Made by a program: the position numbers and the translations under genes | Assembly (NCBI GenBank): GCA_044892505.1 | Contig: CM097884.1 | Coordinates: 115,382,001-115,446,000 of the forward strand | Length of the DNA stretch: 64,000 nt | Source of the DNA: Schmidtea nova | Lineage: Eukaryota | Direction: 5' to 3' | The notes under the pieces: generated by a model | Told to the model about the DNA's origin: nothing | Databases searched by the model: none | The model's input: the letters and a program-made list of their open reading frames with translations, nothing else | Shown here: positions 48,855 to 62,617 of the stretch, piece by piece | How positions within the stretch are numbered: position 1 is the first letter of the stretch | Layout: the number at the start of each line of letters is the position of its first letter

Positions 48855-49242
48855 CATTTTTATTCCAATTTCTTTGATCCTCAAATTCGTCAAATCGTTT
48901 GAGTCGAATAAAGGAGTCTTCAGTTGAAGCCATTAAACGAAGTCGGCGTTTTTTAAGTCGTTTCTCATGCTCAATTTCTTTATATAATTTTTCACGCAAA
49001 CTTATCGATCCGATTTCGTATTGTGTTACGGATCTAGGAAATTTATCTCCTTTACTTGATCGAGGAGACTGACGCGGAGATTTCACTGACCGCCGAACAG
49101 GTGACTGACTTTCTCTCTCTCTGTTTTTCGACTCGCTCTGAATATCGTGGGTATCCTTCTTGTTTTTCGATGAACATAAGTCTGTGTTGCTGTCTCGAGA
49201 AATCGAGGACCTGCAAGTCGAACGAGCGTACACATTGTACAT
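48855..49242 (-). CDS. VANGL: Vang/Strabismus-like protein, penultimate exon
   Basis: EIEHEKRLKKRRLRLMASTEDSFIRLKR matches Vangl EAEHERRVRKRRARL..AVEEAF.HIKR; the phase-1 donor at 48854 joins in frame to the acceptor at 41328. Upstream TM exons were not found and may lie in the N gaps. Confidence 0.88.
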
Positions 49243-51819
49243 CTAAAACAAGAATTTACAAATAATAAAATCAACTTTAATAATTGAGTAAAATTTGCAT
49301 GTAAAACGACAAAAAATTTTACGACTTAATAATTTTTATGTTTTTACAATGGATTTTTATATCGCTATATATCCTTTAGATCAGAGTTTCTCAACANNNN
49401 NNNNNNNNNNNNNNNNNNNNNNNNNNNNNNNNNNNNNNNNNNNNNNNNNNNNNNNNNNNNNNNNNNNNNNNNNNNNNNNNNNNNNNNNNNNNNNNNNNNN
49501 NNNNNNNNNNNNNNNNNNNNNNNNNNNNNNNNNNNNNNNNNNNNNNNNNNNNNNNNNNNNNNNNNNNNNNNNNNNNNNNNNNNNNNNNNNNNNNNNNNNN
49601 NNNNNNNNNNNNNNNNNNNNNNNNNNNNNNNNNNNNNNNNNNNNNNNNNNNNNNNNNNNNNNNNNNNNNNNNNNNNNNNNNNNNNNNNNNNNNNNNNNNN
49701 NNNNNNNNNNNNNNNNNNNNNNNNNNNNNNNNNNNNNNNNNNNNNNNNNNNNNNNNNNNNNNNNNNNNNNNNNNNNNNNAGGCTGTGCCGAAATATTGTG
49801 TTATTGTTTATATAAAAAAAAATTTTGATCTATAGTCATTATGAGAANNNNNNNNNNNNNNNNNNNNNNNNNNNNNNNNNNNNNNNNNNNNNNNNNNNNN
49901 NNNNNNNNNNNNNNNNNNNNNNNNNNNNNNNNNNNNNNNNNNNNNNNNNNNNNNNNNNNNNNNNNNNNNNNNNNNNNNNNNNNNNNNNNNNNNNNNNNNN
50001 NNNNNNNNNNNNNNNNNNNNNNNNNNNNNNNNNNNNNNNNNNNNNNNNNNNNNNNNNNNNNNNNNNNNNNNNNNNNNNNNNNNNNTATTTGTCTGATAAA
50101 AGAAGTTGAAATTTTATTCCAGACAAAAGTGTAAAATCAATATGCTAAACTTATCGATGTATTTCACTGCAATTTGAAGGTAGTATTGCCTCGACACACC
50201 AACAATATCGGCCAGCACACTTCAAAATATTGGATTACTGCGCTATGTTGAGTCAAAAAACTCTGTGACTGCCGCTGCTGCTGCTTCTACTGACATTTTA
50301 ATATAATTGGAATTGTTTTGTCATTATAATCAATTCAATGGCAGCAGCCAATCGGAGAAATTCGTGAACGGAAATCTATAAATAACTGAAAAAATGTCAT
50401 CAGAACTGTAATTATCAATAATTACTTAATTATTTTTTTCAAAATTAATTCAAATTAAATAGACGATTTTTAATTTAGTCGATTATTTAATTGGCTCAAG
50501 GGAAGAGAATTCATGTGACCAGCGGAATAAATTAAATGAAACCAAGGGCAAATGTGAACCAACTAGGCGCCATGAGAATGCCAACTGGTAATAAGTCAAA
50601 GTAAAAAAAATTTAAATCTTAATTATAAAACATCATAAATTTTCAACGGAAATCTCTGGCATCATGAAATTTGCACAGTTTTCCTTTCTGCAATTTCTAG
50701 GTCAACGAAACTATTTTCAGCTTCCAAAGTCATTTCCACCATGAGCTAAATATCTTTGAAATATCCATTCCCAAAGAAGTCAGGTTGTTTGTTTTAACAT
50801 ATTGGCAATCAATGAGTTTGCCGTTGAATTATATTTTGTCAACGATGCGGAAACATAAATAATAAATGTGTGGAAGCAAGTGATGAAGTAATTAGACTGA
50901 ATAAATAATGGGGGTACACATTAAAATTTTGTTGGGTATTTGTTGTTTAGTCGGAGTTGTTAGTCTAACTCCTCGGTGTTCTTTAAATTTGATTCAATGA
51001 AATAACCCAACACAGAAGAATTTATTTGCAACGATCACAATTTTCTAACACAACAAGTCTCTATTCAAAATTTAACAATAACTTTTATTGACTGCTTCTC
51101 CGACTTCGCGTAGGGATAAGTCTCCCAAAAGAAGATAACCCTTTCTGGTACGCTTGAAAAATGAATTTAACTTCTAACTTTTTAATTACCGCTCCTAACT
51201 CTGTAATAGGTTCTCTCGTTCTGACTTCACTTACTTTTTGCTTCGACCATTTTGGCAAAATTTTATGTTTGTCTTTCCTTTTTATACTGCTCTTGTTGAT
51301 GGATTTTCCACTCTGCTGAAGCTGTCTGATGGTAGTTTCCGAATTGACATTTTAATTTTCTATCTGTCGGTTACGCTCTCCGGGTCTCCTCTAAAGTTAA
51401 TTTTCTCAGGAATTATTACCTGTCATATTGCTCGTCCAGGTTTCCAACACTCTTCGGGTTTCCCATTAGCTCGGGTTTCCCATTAGCCAATTAATTCTTA
51501 ATTAATTTGTTAATTTGTTAATTCTTTTCTTCTGGGGACCCTCCATTAATTTAATTTTTTTTATTTTTGGATTCGTTTCAATATTCGACATCTACCCATA
51601 CCAATTTCCCCCTCTAAATCTTTATTTTTGAATTTTAAAAATTTTTAATTAACCTTTGCATTTTAATTATTATTTTTCCAATTTTCGTATTTTATCGATT
51701 TGCACATAGTTTTTGTGCTTTTTAATTTTAATTATCTGTTTATTTAACAACCCTAACAATATGTTAATTAACGCCAGATATTTAATTTTTTAATAGGTGA
51801 TTTGCACGCCAGATAAATA

Positions 51820-53085
51820 CCCGGAATGAAGTAGAAAAGAACATGATACATGAATAATTTATTTAACCAACATTGGTTGGTATGTGTAGGTAGTTATTAT
51901 TCAATAAAGGACCCATCATTCTGTACACACCTTTTCCAGCGTCTTACCAGCTCCAAAAAAGCATTTTCGTCGAAAATGGATGGTTGATTCTCCAGGAATT
52001 CTTGCACCACCTCTTTTAATTCTTCTTTTGAAGGGAAATGTCTACCTCGAACGTGTTTCTTGAAATGGAGGAACAAATAAAAATCACTGGAGTTAGGTAC
52101 GGTGAATAGGGAGGGTGTGGGAAGCTGTAGAAACTTACCTTCTCGATTTCGCTTGTAGAGAATGCACTTGTGTGTATTAAAGTATTATTGTGTATTATCT
52201 TGAAGAAAATAAAGATTGCATTTGCGGGATTTTCGTCCGGACTTCCTGGCTTTCTGGACTTGCTCGACATAGTAACAGGAGTTAATTTTCACATCATTGT
52301 CAGCAAAATCTATTGAAACCATGACATGGAAATCCCAAAAAACCGTTAGCAGGAGAGATTTCCGGTGGAAAGTTGATGCTTTTAGCTTCTTTGCTCGTTT
52401 CATCTGGGAATTTCCACTCCTTAGACTCCTGTTTAGTGTCCGGTAGACAGAGAAAGAGCGGGGTTTCATCAAATGTCACAATGTTTAGCAGGAAAAAATC
52501 TCCAACTTGTTCCAATGTCATGAGATTGGCCTGGCACGAACTGAGTCTGTTTTCACACATTTCACTTGTTAGGAAGCGTGGAACGAACCGCGAAGAAAGT
52601 TTTCTCAGACCCATAGACTTTATTAAGGAATCAAACTTTCTTTGCTCACATTCAGACTGTCACAGAGCATTCTTGTTGTGATGCGCCTGTTAAATTTGAC
52701 AATATTCTTTAATTTCTTTTAATGTTTTCGCCAATTTACAAAGGTCTTCCGACACTTTTCTTATCAAAAACACTCTGTCTACCATGCTTAAACTGTGCAA
52801 TCCAGTCATAAATAGTAGTTTTGGATGGGCTTCCATCATGGTATACATTCCTCAACTCCTCATTAATTTCCTTCGCCGGAAACTTCTTCAAAACAAGAAA
52901 CTTTATTACACTACAAAATTCCACGGGAGAATACATAAATATGACGAAAAATTGAATGTCCGCGAAAATTAGACAACATGCAGACGTTACAGTAAAACAA
53001 TTTCTTTTTCAGTTACCTATAATACTTAAGGAATATATCACAAAACATCATTTAAATTGATATTTTATTAGACCTTCATTTCGGG
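51820..53085 (-). mobile_element. Mariner transposon, frameshifted
   Basis: ~1.27 kb, TA-flanked, TIR start CCCG(G/A)AATGAAG; motifs FVPRFL (WVPREL-like), IVTFDET, FLQDN, HPPYSPYLTP (YSPDLAP-like). Confidence 0.9.
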
Positions 53086-54284
53086 TATATAATGAGCGCA
53101 CCGCGTATTATTCATTTGAAGGTTGTCTCAGCTTGGTAAATGTTATCAATGGGACACAACAGTAAAAAGGCTATATATATATATATATATAAGATAAGAA
53201 TACAGTTTATAATTACATATTACCAATAAATAATTTATTATATTTATTATTTAAGTTTATTAGTATGAAACAAATACCAGTTAAATATGTTATTGTTATT
53301 AATTAATGACTTCCTTGAGCTTGTTTCTCATTGCAAAGTTTTTGAAATGAAGGAGTGATACCATATATGGATACCCTAAGTTCTTTTTCTATATTTAGCT
53401 GTGATCTGTATTTTGATAAATAACACGTAAAAAACGCAAATTGTTATCATTAGAATTAAACGTGGTTAACAATTTGCGTATTTTACGCGTGGTTTATCTT
53501 ACAATTTATTAATTAATTAAATTTTGTTATTTATTTACTATTCAACAAGGATTAATTGTAAATAAAAATTGTTAAATATTTCTATTTTTATTCTATAATT
53601 ATTCGTTATTATTTTCATATACGAATTAAATGGCATGATAAATATATTTTTTGTACTTACAGTACGTATTGGTACGAACCACGTGACACAAACATGCTAC
53701 CGTATGTCTCGCTCTTCTATCATACATATCGCTGGCTTGGAGTTATAGGGTTCTATGTTCTATATGCTTTGAAATATGCTGAAATATGCTGATAATATGT
53801 AAGCAGTGGTTCCGTGCGTTAACAGCGATGGTCACATTCCACGCAGCCACATTCGCGAGCGCGAGACGACCGATAACGTATTGCGGCGGTGCGGTAACAT
53901 CTGTCAAACGTTTATGATTCTAATCGCCAGGCGGCGCTAGTTGCCCACATACTGCACACACATACAATGACAACCTCCCGAAACTCATATGCATTCGGAA
54001 TTAGCAGACGGGACAATACCCCAACCTCCCACTACTTGTGTTAGGCCTGTGTTTTAGTAGGCGTTGGTATAAAGGGTAGGGATAGACGTATACATTACTG
54101 TGCATTTATAACAAACAGTCGCATTTTACCAATAAAATTAAATGCACGAATATCGGACCGTTTTCATTATGACACTATAATTTCGATAGATCAAAAAATA
54201 AGGGGGGTGCGAGAATATTTACGTTGGTAAACTGGGTCGCAATAACAGAAAGATTGAGAAGCGCTGCCTTAGACGTTTGGATTT

Positions 54285-54700
54285 ATGAAATTCTCTGAAT
54301 GGTTAATAGTTCTATGAATAACAAGGGTATTGTCAATTTTCTTGTAGGTCTTCCTTTCATCTGATGTAATAATACTATCTGTACAAATTTTCTAGTTGCT
54401 AATATCAACAAGAGTTTTGGATGTTCTATCCAAAAAAGCAACAAAGAAACTTTTTTTCGTTTCATGACAATAATCACTAAGTTGTTGATGAAGAACACAA
54501 CTTACTTCATCTTTCTTCTTGATTAATAAACTTTCATCAACTTGTATCGTTAACCTTTTACCTTCAATTTTATGATTATGAAAGAGTTAGTTACTTGAAT
54601 TTAGCAAAACGTTATCTGCAATTTCTAACTCTTTCTGATAGAATTTAACTCGAGCGAGTTCTTCAAAAATAAAAAAAATTAATAAATAAAATTATCTTCC
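54285..54700 (-). pseudogene. Merlin/IS1016-like (ISXO2-type) transposase remnant
   Basis: IQVDESLLIKKK, DRTSKTLVDI, IITSDE, HRTINHSENFINP resemble EIDES, DRSA.TL, I.SD, H.TVNHS.NFVDP. Confidence 0.6.
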
Positions 54701-56650
54701 TCAAAGATAATAGAAATCCAGTAAGGCGAGAATTTACACAAATACCATACTCAGACCTGCAGCACGAGTTTTAATAATACCATATAGTTTTAGTATGAAT
54801 ACAATTCAATATAAACCTATGTCAGTGCATGTTAGTGTGTCTCATAAAATGCAACTGCATGCCAAAAGGCTACATGCAATTAAAAATGATTTTGAGTCAA
54901 ACGCTAAATTGTCATAACAAAATTAGAGGAGTAATAAAATTTTCGAAGGTCAGTTGCAGTCTATAAAGCAAAAGATCCAAAATTCCTTTGTTACAACTCA
55001 TTACAATTAATTTTAAAAATTAAATTGAAAATAATAAAATCCTATATAATAACATAGTCGAAGTCTCTGGACATTTTGACAACTTGACTACGAGTGAAAA
55101 TTTTCTTAATTTTTCTATTTGAATCTCACCCCAGTTTCAATGTATAGCATGTCAGTTTACTTACAATAAGCAAACGACGGTTTTCAAAACCAAAGAGGTG
55201 GGAACTAAAGTTTCTTTTTGTTAGTTCCCAAGTTAACATTAATATTTATACATTATTATAACAGGAAATGATAATGTTTTATATTTTATTATTGGTAGGA
55301 AAGTTTATTTATAGGCAATTATTAGAAAATTTAAAAATTGTCTTTTCACAAAAAAAATTTTTATGCCTTCATAAATAAAATTTTGGTTGCATCTCCGATT
55401 AACTGCTAACAAAATTACACACCCACTTCAAAAAGCGTAATCTCATTGGTTTAAAAAAGGTTTATTAAAATCGTGTGATATTGGATGTTCGGTGCGCTTT
55501 AAATGCGGTGAAATGGAAATATTTAAACAAAAAGTGTAACATTCCATACTTATTTGAAAAACAATAATTAAATGAATAATTCACATTAAAAATCAATTAA
55601 TCTTTTATGCACTTGACATGCAACAATATAGTTTCATTGAAAAAATTGACAAGAGAAAAAAGGCCATTCAGTTCGAAATTGGTCATCATATTAGTCTGAT
55701 TAAATGCGGAATTATNNNNNNNNNNNNNNNNNNNNNNNNNNNNNNNNNNNNNNNNNNNNNNNNNNNNNNNNNNNNNNNNNNNNNNNNNNNNNNNNNNNNN
55801 NNNNNNNNNNNNNNNNNNNNNNNNNNNNNNNNNNNNNNNNNNNNNNNNNNNNNNNNNNNNGATTCGTAAATGTGAAGTATGTTGAAGGCACTTGTTTACT
55901 AATTTCTAATGCGCATATATTTGCATAAAAACACCCCAGTTGCGACCACTACACCTGTCATCATAAAATTGCACTTGCAAATGTGGCCTAGATTCTCGGA
56001 GCAAAAAGAAAATGCAAACGTTTCTAAAAATGACAGAAATTACACGGTTTCCTCTGGCATTAGTAAAACGTGAAATCAAATTAATCACCTGGCCAAAACG
56101 ATAGCATAAATTGTGACTGTAAGTAAGAAACGGCAAAATATATACATATCCAATTATAATGATGATTATGCTACTCCTCATTTATCATCGACTTGCATCC
56201 ATTACTGACACTGAAAACATATTCTTACACCAGATTTTACATAATTATTATCGATATTTAATAAAAATATGGATTTCTTTAAATTGTTCTTATGATTTTT
56301 AATAATTTTATGATTATGATAATAATAATTTTATAATAATAATTTTATAATAATAATAATAATAATAATAAAAATAATAATACACACTTGATAAAGGCTG
56401 TTGCCGAAATATTGTGTTATTGTTTATAAAAAAATTTTGATCTATNNNNNNNNNNNNNNNNNNNNNNNNNNNNNNNNNNNNNNNNNNNNNNNNNNNNNNN
56501 NNNNNNNNNNNNNNNNNNNNNNNNNNNNNNNNNNNNNNNNNNNNNNNNNNNNNNNNNNNNNNNNNNNNNNNNNNNNNNNNNNNNNNNNNNNNNNNNNNNN
56601 NNNNNNNNNNNNNNNNNNNNNNNNNNNNNNTTTTCACCTTTGATCTTTTT

Positions 56651-56861
56651 TTATTATTATTATTATCAATAATTCTCATAATGACTATAGATCAAAATTT
56701 TTTTTTTTTATAAACAATAACACAATATTTCGGCACAGCCTTTATCAAGTGTGTATTTCACATTTGATAATACACACTTGATAAAGGCTGTGCCGAAATA
56801 TTGTGTTATTGTTTATAAAAAAAAAATTTTTTTTGATCTATAGTCATTATGAGAATTATTG

Positions 56862-56880
<19 letters not shown>
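56651..56880. repeat. Near-perfect ~230-bp palindrome flanked by (TTA)n/(TAA)n
   Basis: Arms 56667-56757 and 56769-56861 are reverse complements apart from homopolymer length; arm copies also occur at 49780-49847 and 56380-56446. Confidence 0.85.
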
Positions 56881-56926
<46 letters not shown>

Positions 56927-57564
56927 TATTATTATAAAAATAATAAAATTTTAACAACAATAAACAATTAATTGATAAATAAATAAATAAATTCTACATT
57001 AGTGATATTATATTAAACAGCAAAATGTTTGGGAAAATATGAATAAAAGTAATAAAATTCTTGATAGGATCCGGTTCACTGAACAAGTTGATACGAAGTG
57101 TTTTAAAATATCAAAAGAAACCGCTCGTGATAAAAATTAATATTTCTCATTTAATAAATAGAAAATAAAACCCGGGATTTTAAAACTTGATTTGAATCAA
57201 CCGCATTAAACTGGTTTTACTCCTGAGAGTTTTAACTTTACAAGGAGAATACTATAAAATAAATAAAATTTCCTAAGACTTATCTCACTGTTAATAAAAT
57301 CTGAAATATTATTCATTTTAGGCTGATCGGAAAATCCGACAAACAATTTGAATAAATTGAATGAATATTTATCAGCAATTTCCTTCTATTGAAATAAGAA
57401 TGTAAAATATGGTATTTNNNNNNNNNNNNNNNNNNNNNNNNNNNNNNNNNNNNNNNNNNNNNNNNNNNNNNNNNNNNNNNNNNNNNNNNNNNNNNNNNNN
57501 NNNNNNNNNNNNNNNNNNNNNNNNNNNNNNNNNNNNNNNNNNNNNNNNNNNNNNNNNNNNNNNN

Positions 57565-60500
57565 ACTAATGGTACTTTAGTACGGGGCCTACTCTCAAAA
57601 TGAGTCAAAGTAGGGGCCTAAATTTAGAAAAAAATATTAGAGAATTAGGTGGAATATTTCATTTTTCAAAGTTATCTCCAAATCTTAAAATTATATTTGG
57701 TTTTAAAAAACAAAATAATGTACTATTAAAGTATTAGATGTAGACTGCGTTTGTGTAAGCATCAATAGAAGCTGTGACTCTTGTTGTTGGAATCAGTTGC
57801 TGCAGCTGCAGAAGCTTCACACCATCTTTGTAAATATAACACCCTACTAAAGCTGCCGGACTCAAACTTCCGGATCTGGATCTTATGGAGTGTTCGATTT
57901 CATGTATTACTAATACTAAACTAGTTCACTGGCTTAAGATGCATTGTTATACTGTGATGTGAACATGTGATATCTAGCCTCCGCAGTCAGCTTATAATAA
58001 TTCGTAAAAGTATTATATTTGCTTTAGAGACAGTATTATTAGACTGCAGAATGTATGTGCATGATCTACCAGTTTATCTATATAATCTATATTGGGAAGA
58101 GATTACAAATTAGAAAAGAAAATTTTCTAAATTTTCTAAATTTTGATAAATTATCAGTATTTGAAATAAAAATTATATCGTTTTACAACTTTAATTAATT
58201 AAATTTTTATAGATTTAAAAATATATAGTAAAAGTTTCAAATATCAAAATGAGTAAAAAATTTGAATCTGGTGCTCAGAAACATTTTAAAAAACGTCTTT
58301 TTGAAAAAGCGGCGCAACAACAACGTGGAGCTATTGAACAGTTTGCAACAAAGCACTACTACTACCATATTGCAACTCAAATGGATATATCTGGGAGTAC
58401 TGAACTTCAGATCACAGTCCCTTAAAAAGATGCAGCTCTGTGGTCTGTCGATGCCAATTTGGTAAATTACTGGCTTCGAATGAGAACGGAACAGTGTCGT
58501 TATCGTGACGGTCTCTATGCAAAGTCAGTACGCCAATATCCAGATCAAAAAAGACAACTTAAAGACGCTGCCTTTTTTACGGAATCTCCAAATGGTGAAA
58601 AAAATGAGCGACACTGGCTTTTGTACTCGCCATCAACTAGACGCATTATTTGTTTTCTGTGCAAGTTATTTTTTTTCTAGTAATGCTGCTTTAGCAAGTC
58701 AAGGTTTCGATTCCTTGACCAATATTAACAGACTTAGAGAACATGAACGATCAGAAGATCACAGGAGATTTCTTTCAAAGTATGTTACTCGCTTGTCTAG
58801 TATTCATACACTAGACAAAACCTTTGTTGAAGAATTTGAAAAGGAGAAAAGCTACTGGAGTGAGGTTTTATGAAGAGTTGTATCTAATATCAAATTTATA
58901 TCTTCACGTGGATTGGCATTTAGAGGTTCAGCAGAAGAGTTTGATAATTTTGATAATAGCAACTATTTGGGGTTGCTAGAATATTTATCAGAATATGATT
59001 TTTTTCTTAAGGAGCATATAAAAAGTGCGGAAATTCTGAACGTGGTAAAACTTCATACTTGTCATACACCATTTGCGAAGAATTTATAAATTTAATCGCT
59101 AAAAAATTTATTCAAACAATTACGGAGGAGGTTCGGAAATCAAAATATTATTTTAATAGTGTGGATTTGACTCCGGACATTACGCATACAGATCAAATAA
59201 CCTTTACAATTCGATACGTTAAAACTGAAGATTGCCATGTTGTTGAACGATTTTTAAAATTTGTTCCCATCTCGTCACATACAGGAAAATATCTTTTTGA
59301 CTGCATATTACAGACCTTTTTGAATATTGGAGTTAACATAGATGATTGTAGATGTCAAACATATGATAACGTAAGTAATATGTCTGAGAAATATGCTGAT
59401 TTACAGGCTCGTATAGTGGAGATAAATAAAGCAGCGACTTACATTCCCTGCATGGCACACTCGTTAAACTTATCTGGTATTGCTGCTGCAGAGTCCTGCG
59501 TTGATGCAATTTCATTTTTTGGACTTATACAAAGACTATACGTATTTTCTCTGCCTCAATATACATAAGGGCAGCTGTTGAAATTACTGTAAAAACAGGC
59601 ACAAGAAAAAGACACAATGGTCTGCTCGTGCAAATGCACCGCGTAGTTTGTTTAATTACTAAAAAACGTACCAACCAGTTTTGAATAAATTTGGCAATGA
59701 CAAGGAACAAAAATCAGATATGCGAGTAGAAGCAATGTCTTTTTCAAAAAAATGGATAAAAAAATTGCATATCTAACTGTTTTTGGAACAACATTTTGAA
59801 CCTTGTAAACGAAACCAGTAATTTGCTTCAATCCATTACTATTTATCGCTGTACCGCAATTGCACTTCTGAAATCACAACTTTCACTATTTTCGTCAATC
59901 TTCACAAAAACTGTGCAAAGAAGCATTTGAAGATAAACGTGCCCATCGGCCAAAACAAAGAGCTGATGACAGCAATGCAGCAGCTGTTGTTTTAACAAGA
60001 AAAGAGAAATTGAAAATTGAAACTTTCAATGTTATTGGATGCAATTTTAACAAATCTAAATAGCAGAATTCAAACATACTCGGAAGTTGATAAAAGGTGC
60101 CATATTTGCTATGCTGAAGAAAATAGTACCGCATTTACAGATTCTTTTAGAAAATTTGCTGATTTTTATTCTGATGACCTCACTGATGAATTATATGATG
60201 ATTGTACTCAATGGCAAGCTCTGCTACGTCAATTTCCTTCAGCATCAAGAAAACATACACCGCTACAAATGCTGGAAATATTGAAAAACTTTAACATTTC
60301 GGAATATATACATTGCGTTACGCATTTATCTCACTTTGCCTGTGTCTAACTGAAGCGATAAAAGATCCTTTAGTCATTTGAAACGAATGAAATGCATTGA
60401 GGTCGATGATTGGGCAACAGAAATTATCTGATCTAATGCTTATGAATATTGTATGCGCAATTGTTCACCAGCTAGATTTCCAAAATATTGTTGATAGATT

Positions 60501-60745
60501 TTCAACACTAAAGGCTCGCCGCAAAGATCTTTAAATAAATTGTCTGCCATACTATCAAATTCATGCAGCGGGAGGTGAGATAAAAAATTTCTGGTATGTA
60601 TTATATTAAAAATTATAATTATGTTAGGCATCAATGAACCATAAAACTATCATTTATTTATCCTATTAATTTTAACATAAATAATTATTGAACAAAGGGG
60701 CCTACTTAAGAAAATTAGTACCGGGCCTCCAAATTGGTAATCCGG

Positions 60746-60750
<5 letters not shown>
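57565..60750 (+). mobile_element. Decayed hAT transposon, Tip100/ZMYM1-like transposase
   Basis: WLLYSPS...CFLCKLF, HERSEDH, GLAFRGS, SVDLTPDITHTDQ, QTYDN.SNM, YIPCMAHSLNL; right end GGTAATCCGGCCCTA; left end falls in an N gap. Confidence 0.85.

Positions 60751-60814
<64 letters not shown>
60749..60814. repeat. (TA)n microsatellite
   Basis: Direct read. Confidence 0.95.
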
Positions 60815-60817
<3 letters not shown>

Positions 60818-60914
60818 TTATACTTAATAGCTATTGCTAGTGTATTAATAAAAAAAATAAAATTGTCGGACAATGACTATTTCGAAAAACTGACCCCTGT
60901 TACATTAATAAAAC

Positions 60915-62560
60915 TAGGGATTGCAATAATTCCGTAGAATATTCCACCACGGGGTATCCCAGGATTTCGGGATTTAGACAGAACTGCCTTTAATATTGCT
61001 TTTTAGAGAATTGCATCGTGTTTCTATAAATCTTCGATGAAAAAAACTAATTTCTTCCAATAAGCAATCATGATAAGTGATATTTTTTTTAAAAATAGTA
61101 AAACGAAATTTAACACAATCATGTCTTCCTTTCAAGAAAATTATTTCAAAAAAATATGTCGTTGATTTCCTAACTTTAGTACAAAGAATAGCGGCTGCGA
61201 CAAAGGCACGTTCTGATTCAACAGCGGTAGGCTTTCTGGTCACAAAATACGTATGTAATGTTTTAAATAGGATCCACGGAAACCCACCATTTCAAATAAG
61301 CTCATTTCCTTTTGAATTTTGTATGCAATTGTTTCTTCAGTGAGTTATAGCTTAGGTGGCCAATTCATTCCTTTACGTAAGACATCATCCAATTGCACAG
61401 TTATTGATTTTCTACCCTCCGATGAGCTAGAATAATCTACGTCCTGATGAAGGTTGGACAATACTCTGAAGGAAGTTGCATAGAGGTTTTGAAGAAGCTC
61501 TACCATCATATTTTTGCATTTGGCTTGTGATAAGGAAACTCAAAGTTCTGATTGATGATTATATTTGGCACTAAGCAATATACCAATCAACCTGCTAATA
61601 TATGTTCTATATACTTTGATTCGTTTGTTCAGGGTTATATACGGTTATTGGCTCTAAGGATTATTTTGTGCTACTAGATTTGAAGTCATGAAAGACAGAT
61701 GTTACCAAGTTAGAATTCTCACGACAAAAAGCTTCTACTTCTGCATTTATTAGTCCTAGAGCATTGATCTCCCTAATATAATACCATATTCACATTTTGA
61801 CAACTGCAAGGAATTTCTGTGCTTAGTTTTAAAATCTAAAAGAGCCTTCTGTACAAATTTTTCTGAGTAAAGAGTCCAAGATTTAAGAAAAGACTGTTCC
61901 ACCAAGTTCCGCAGTATTTTAAAAAATTTATTTCTTTGTCGAATTCTATTTTGAAATATTTCGGGAAATTGTAATCGTTTTTTGTTGGGAAATATTTAAA
62001 TAGTAAGACAATATTTTTCACTTTATTTATAATAGAATCAATTTTTGCATGTTTTACTCTCATTTCTTGATGGAAGCTTTCCAACTTATTTTCAGAACTG
62101 CTTTCGTTATCATTATCTGTATTGGTGTCACTTTCAGAGTCAGAATCAGAACAATTTTCATTCTTTTCATCTGTAATACGTATTTGTCCTTCAATCTGTG
62201 ACTTTTTATATATAACATCAATAAAAGCCAGTTAGCTAGCATGAGCCAAGCAACGTTGTTGATTTAGTGATGTTAGGTTTCCCATTTTCTTCATAACATT
62301 GACCTTGTCAGTAACTATGACTACAATGCCAGAATGTAAGTCAATTTCATGTTGATAGGTACACAATATTTCGGAACTGCCTTTTTATAATTTACAGAAC
62401 ATATCGTGTGCCAAAATATCGTGTACATAGCAATCAAAAAAATTTTGATCAATAGTTTGACAAAAAATTAATAAGCACGATCTTCTCATCAAAATTAGGT
62501 TCCTCGTCTTCAACAGCCCATCCAGTTGTTGCGATATCTCCTTTGGAACTTTTACTTATG
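60915..62560 (-). mobile_element. Truncated, decayed hAT transposase (Ac-like)
   Basis: AVESERAFVAAAILCTKVR (dimerisation region), KVKNIVLLFK...TKND...TWWNSL; TAGGGATTGC terminus at 60915. Confidence 0.7.
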
Positions 62561-62617
62561 CTTAGCGCATAGATTCGGTTTAAAGTTGAAACGTTCACAT
62601 TTGCCTCAGGATTTAAT

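Noticed and set aside
50100-50400. Candidate upstream Vangl exon (GC-richer block)
   Set aside because: No frame I read gave a convincing Vangl TM or loop match.
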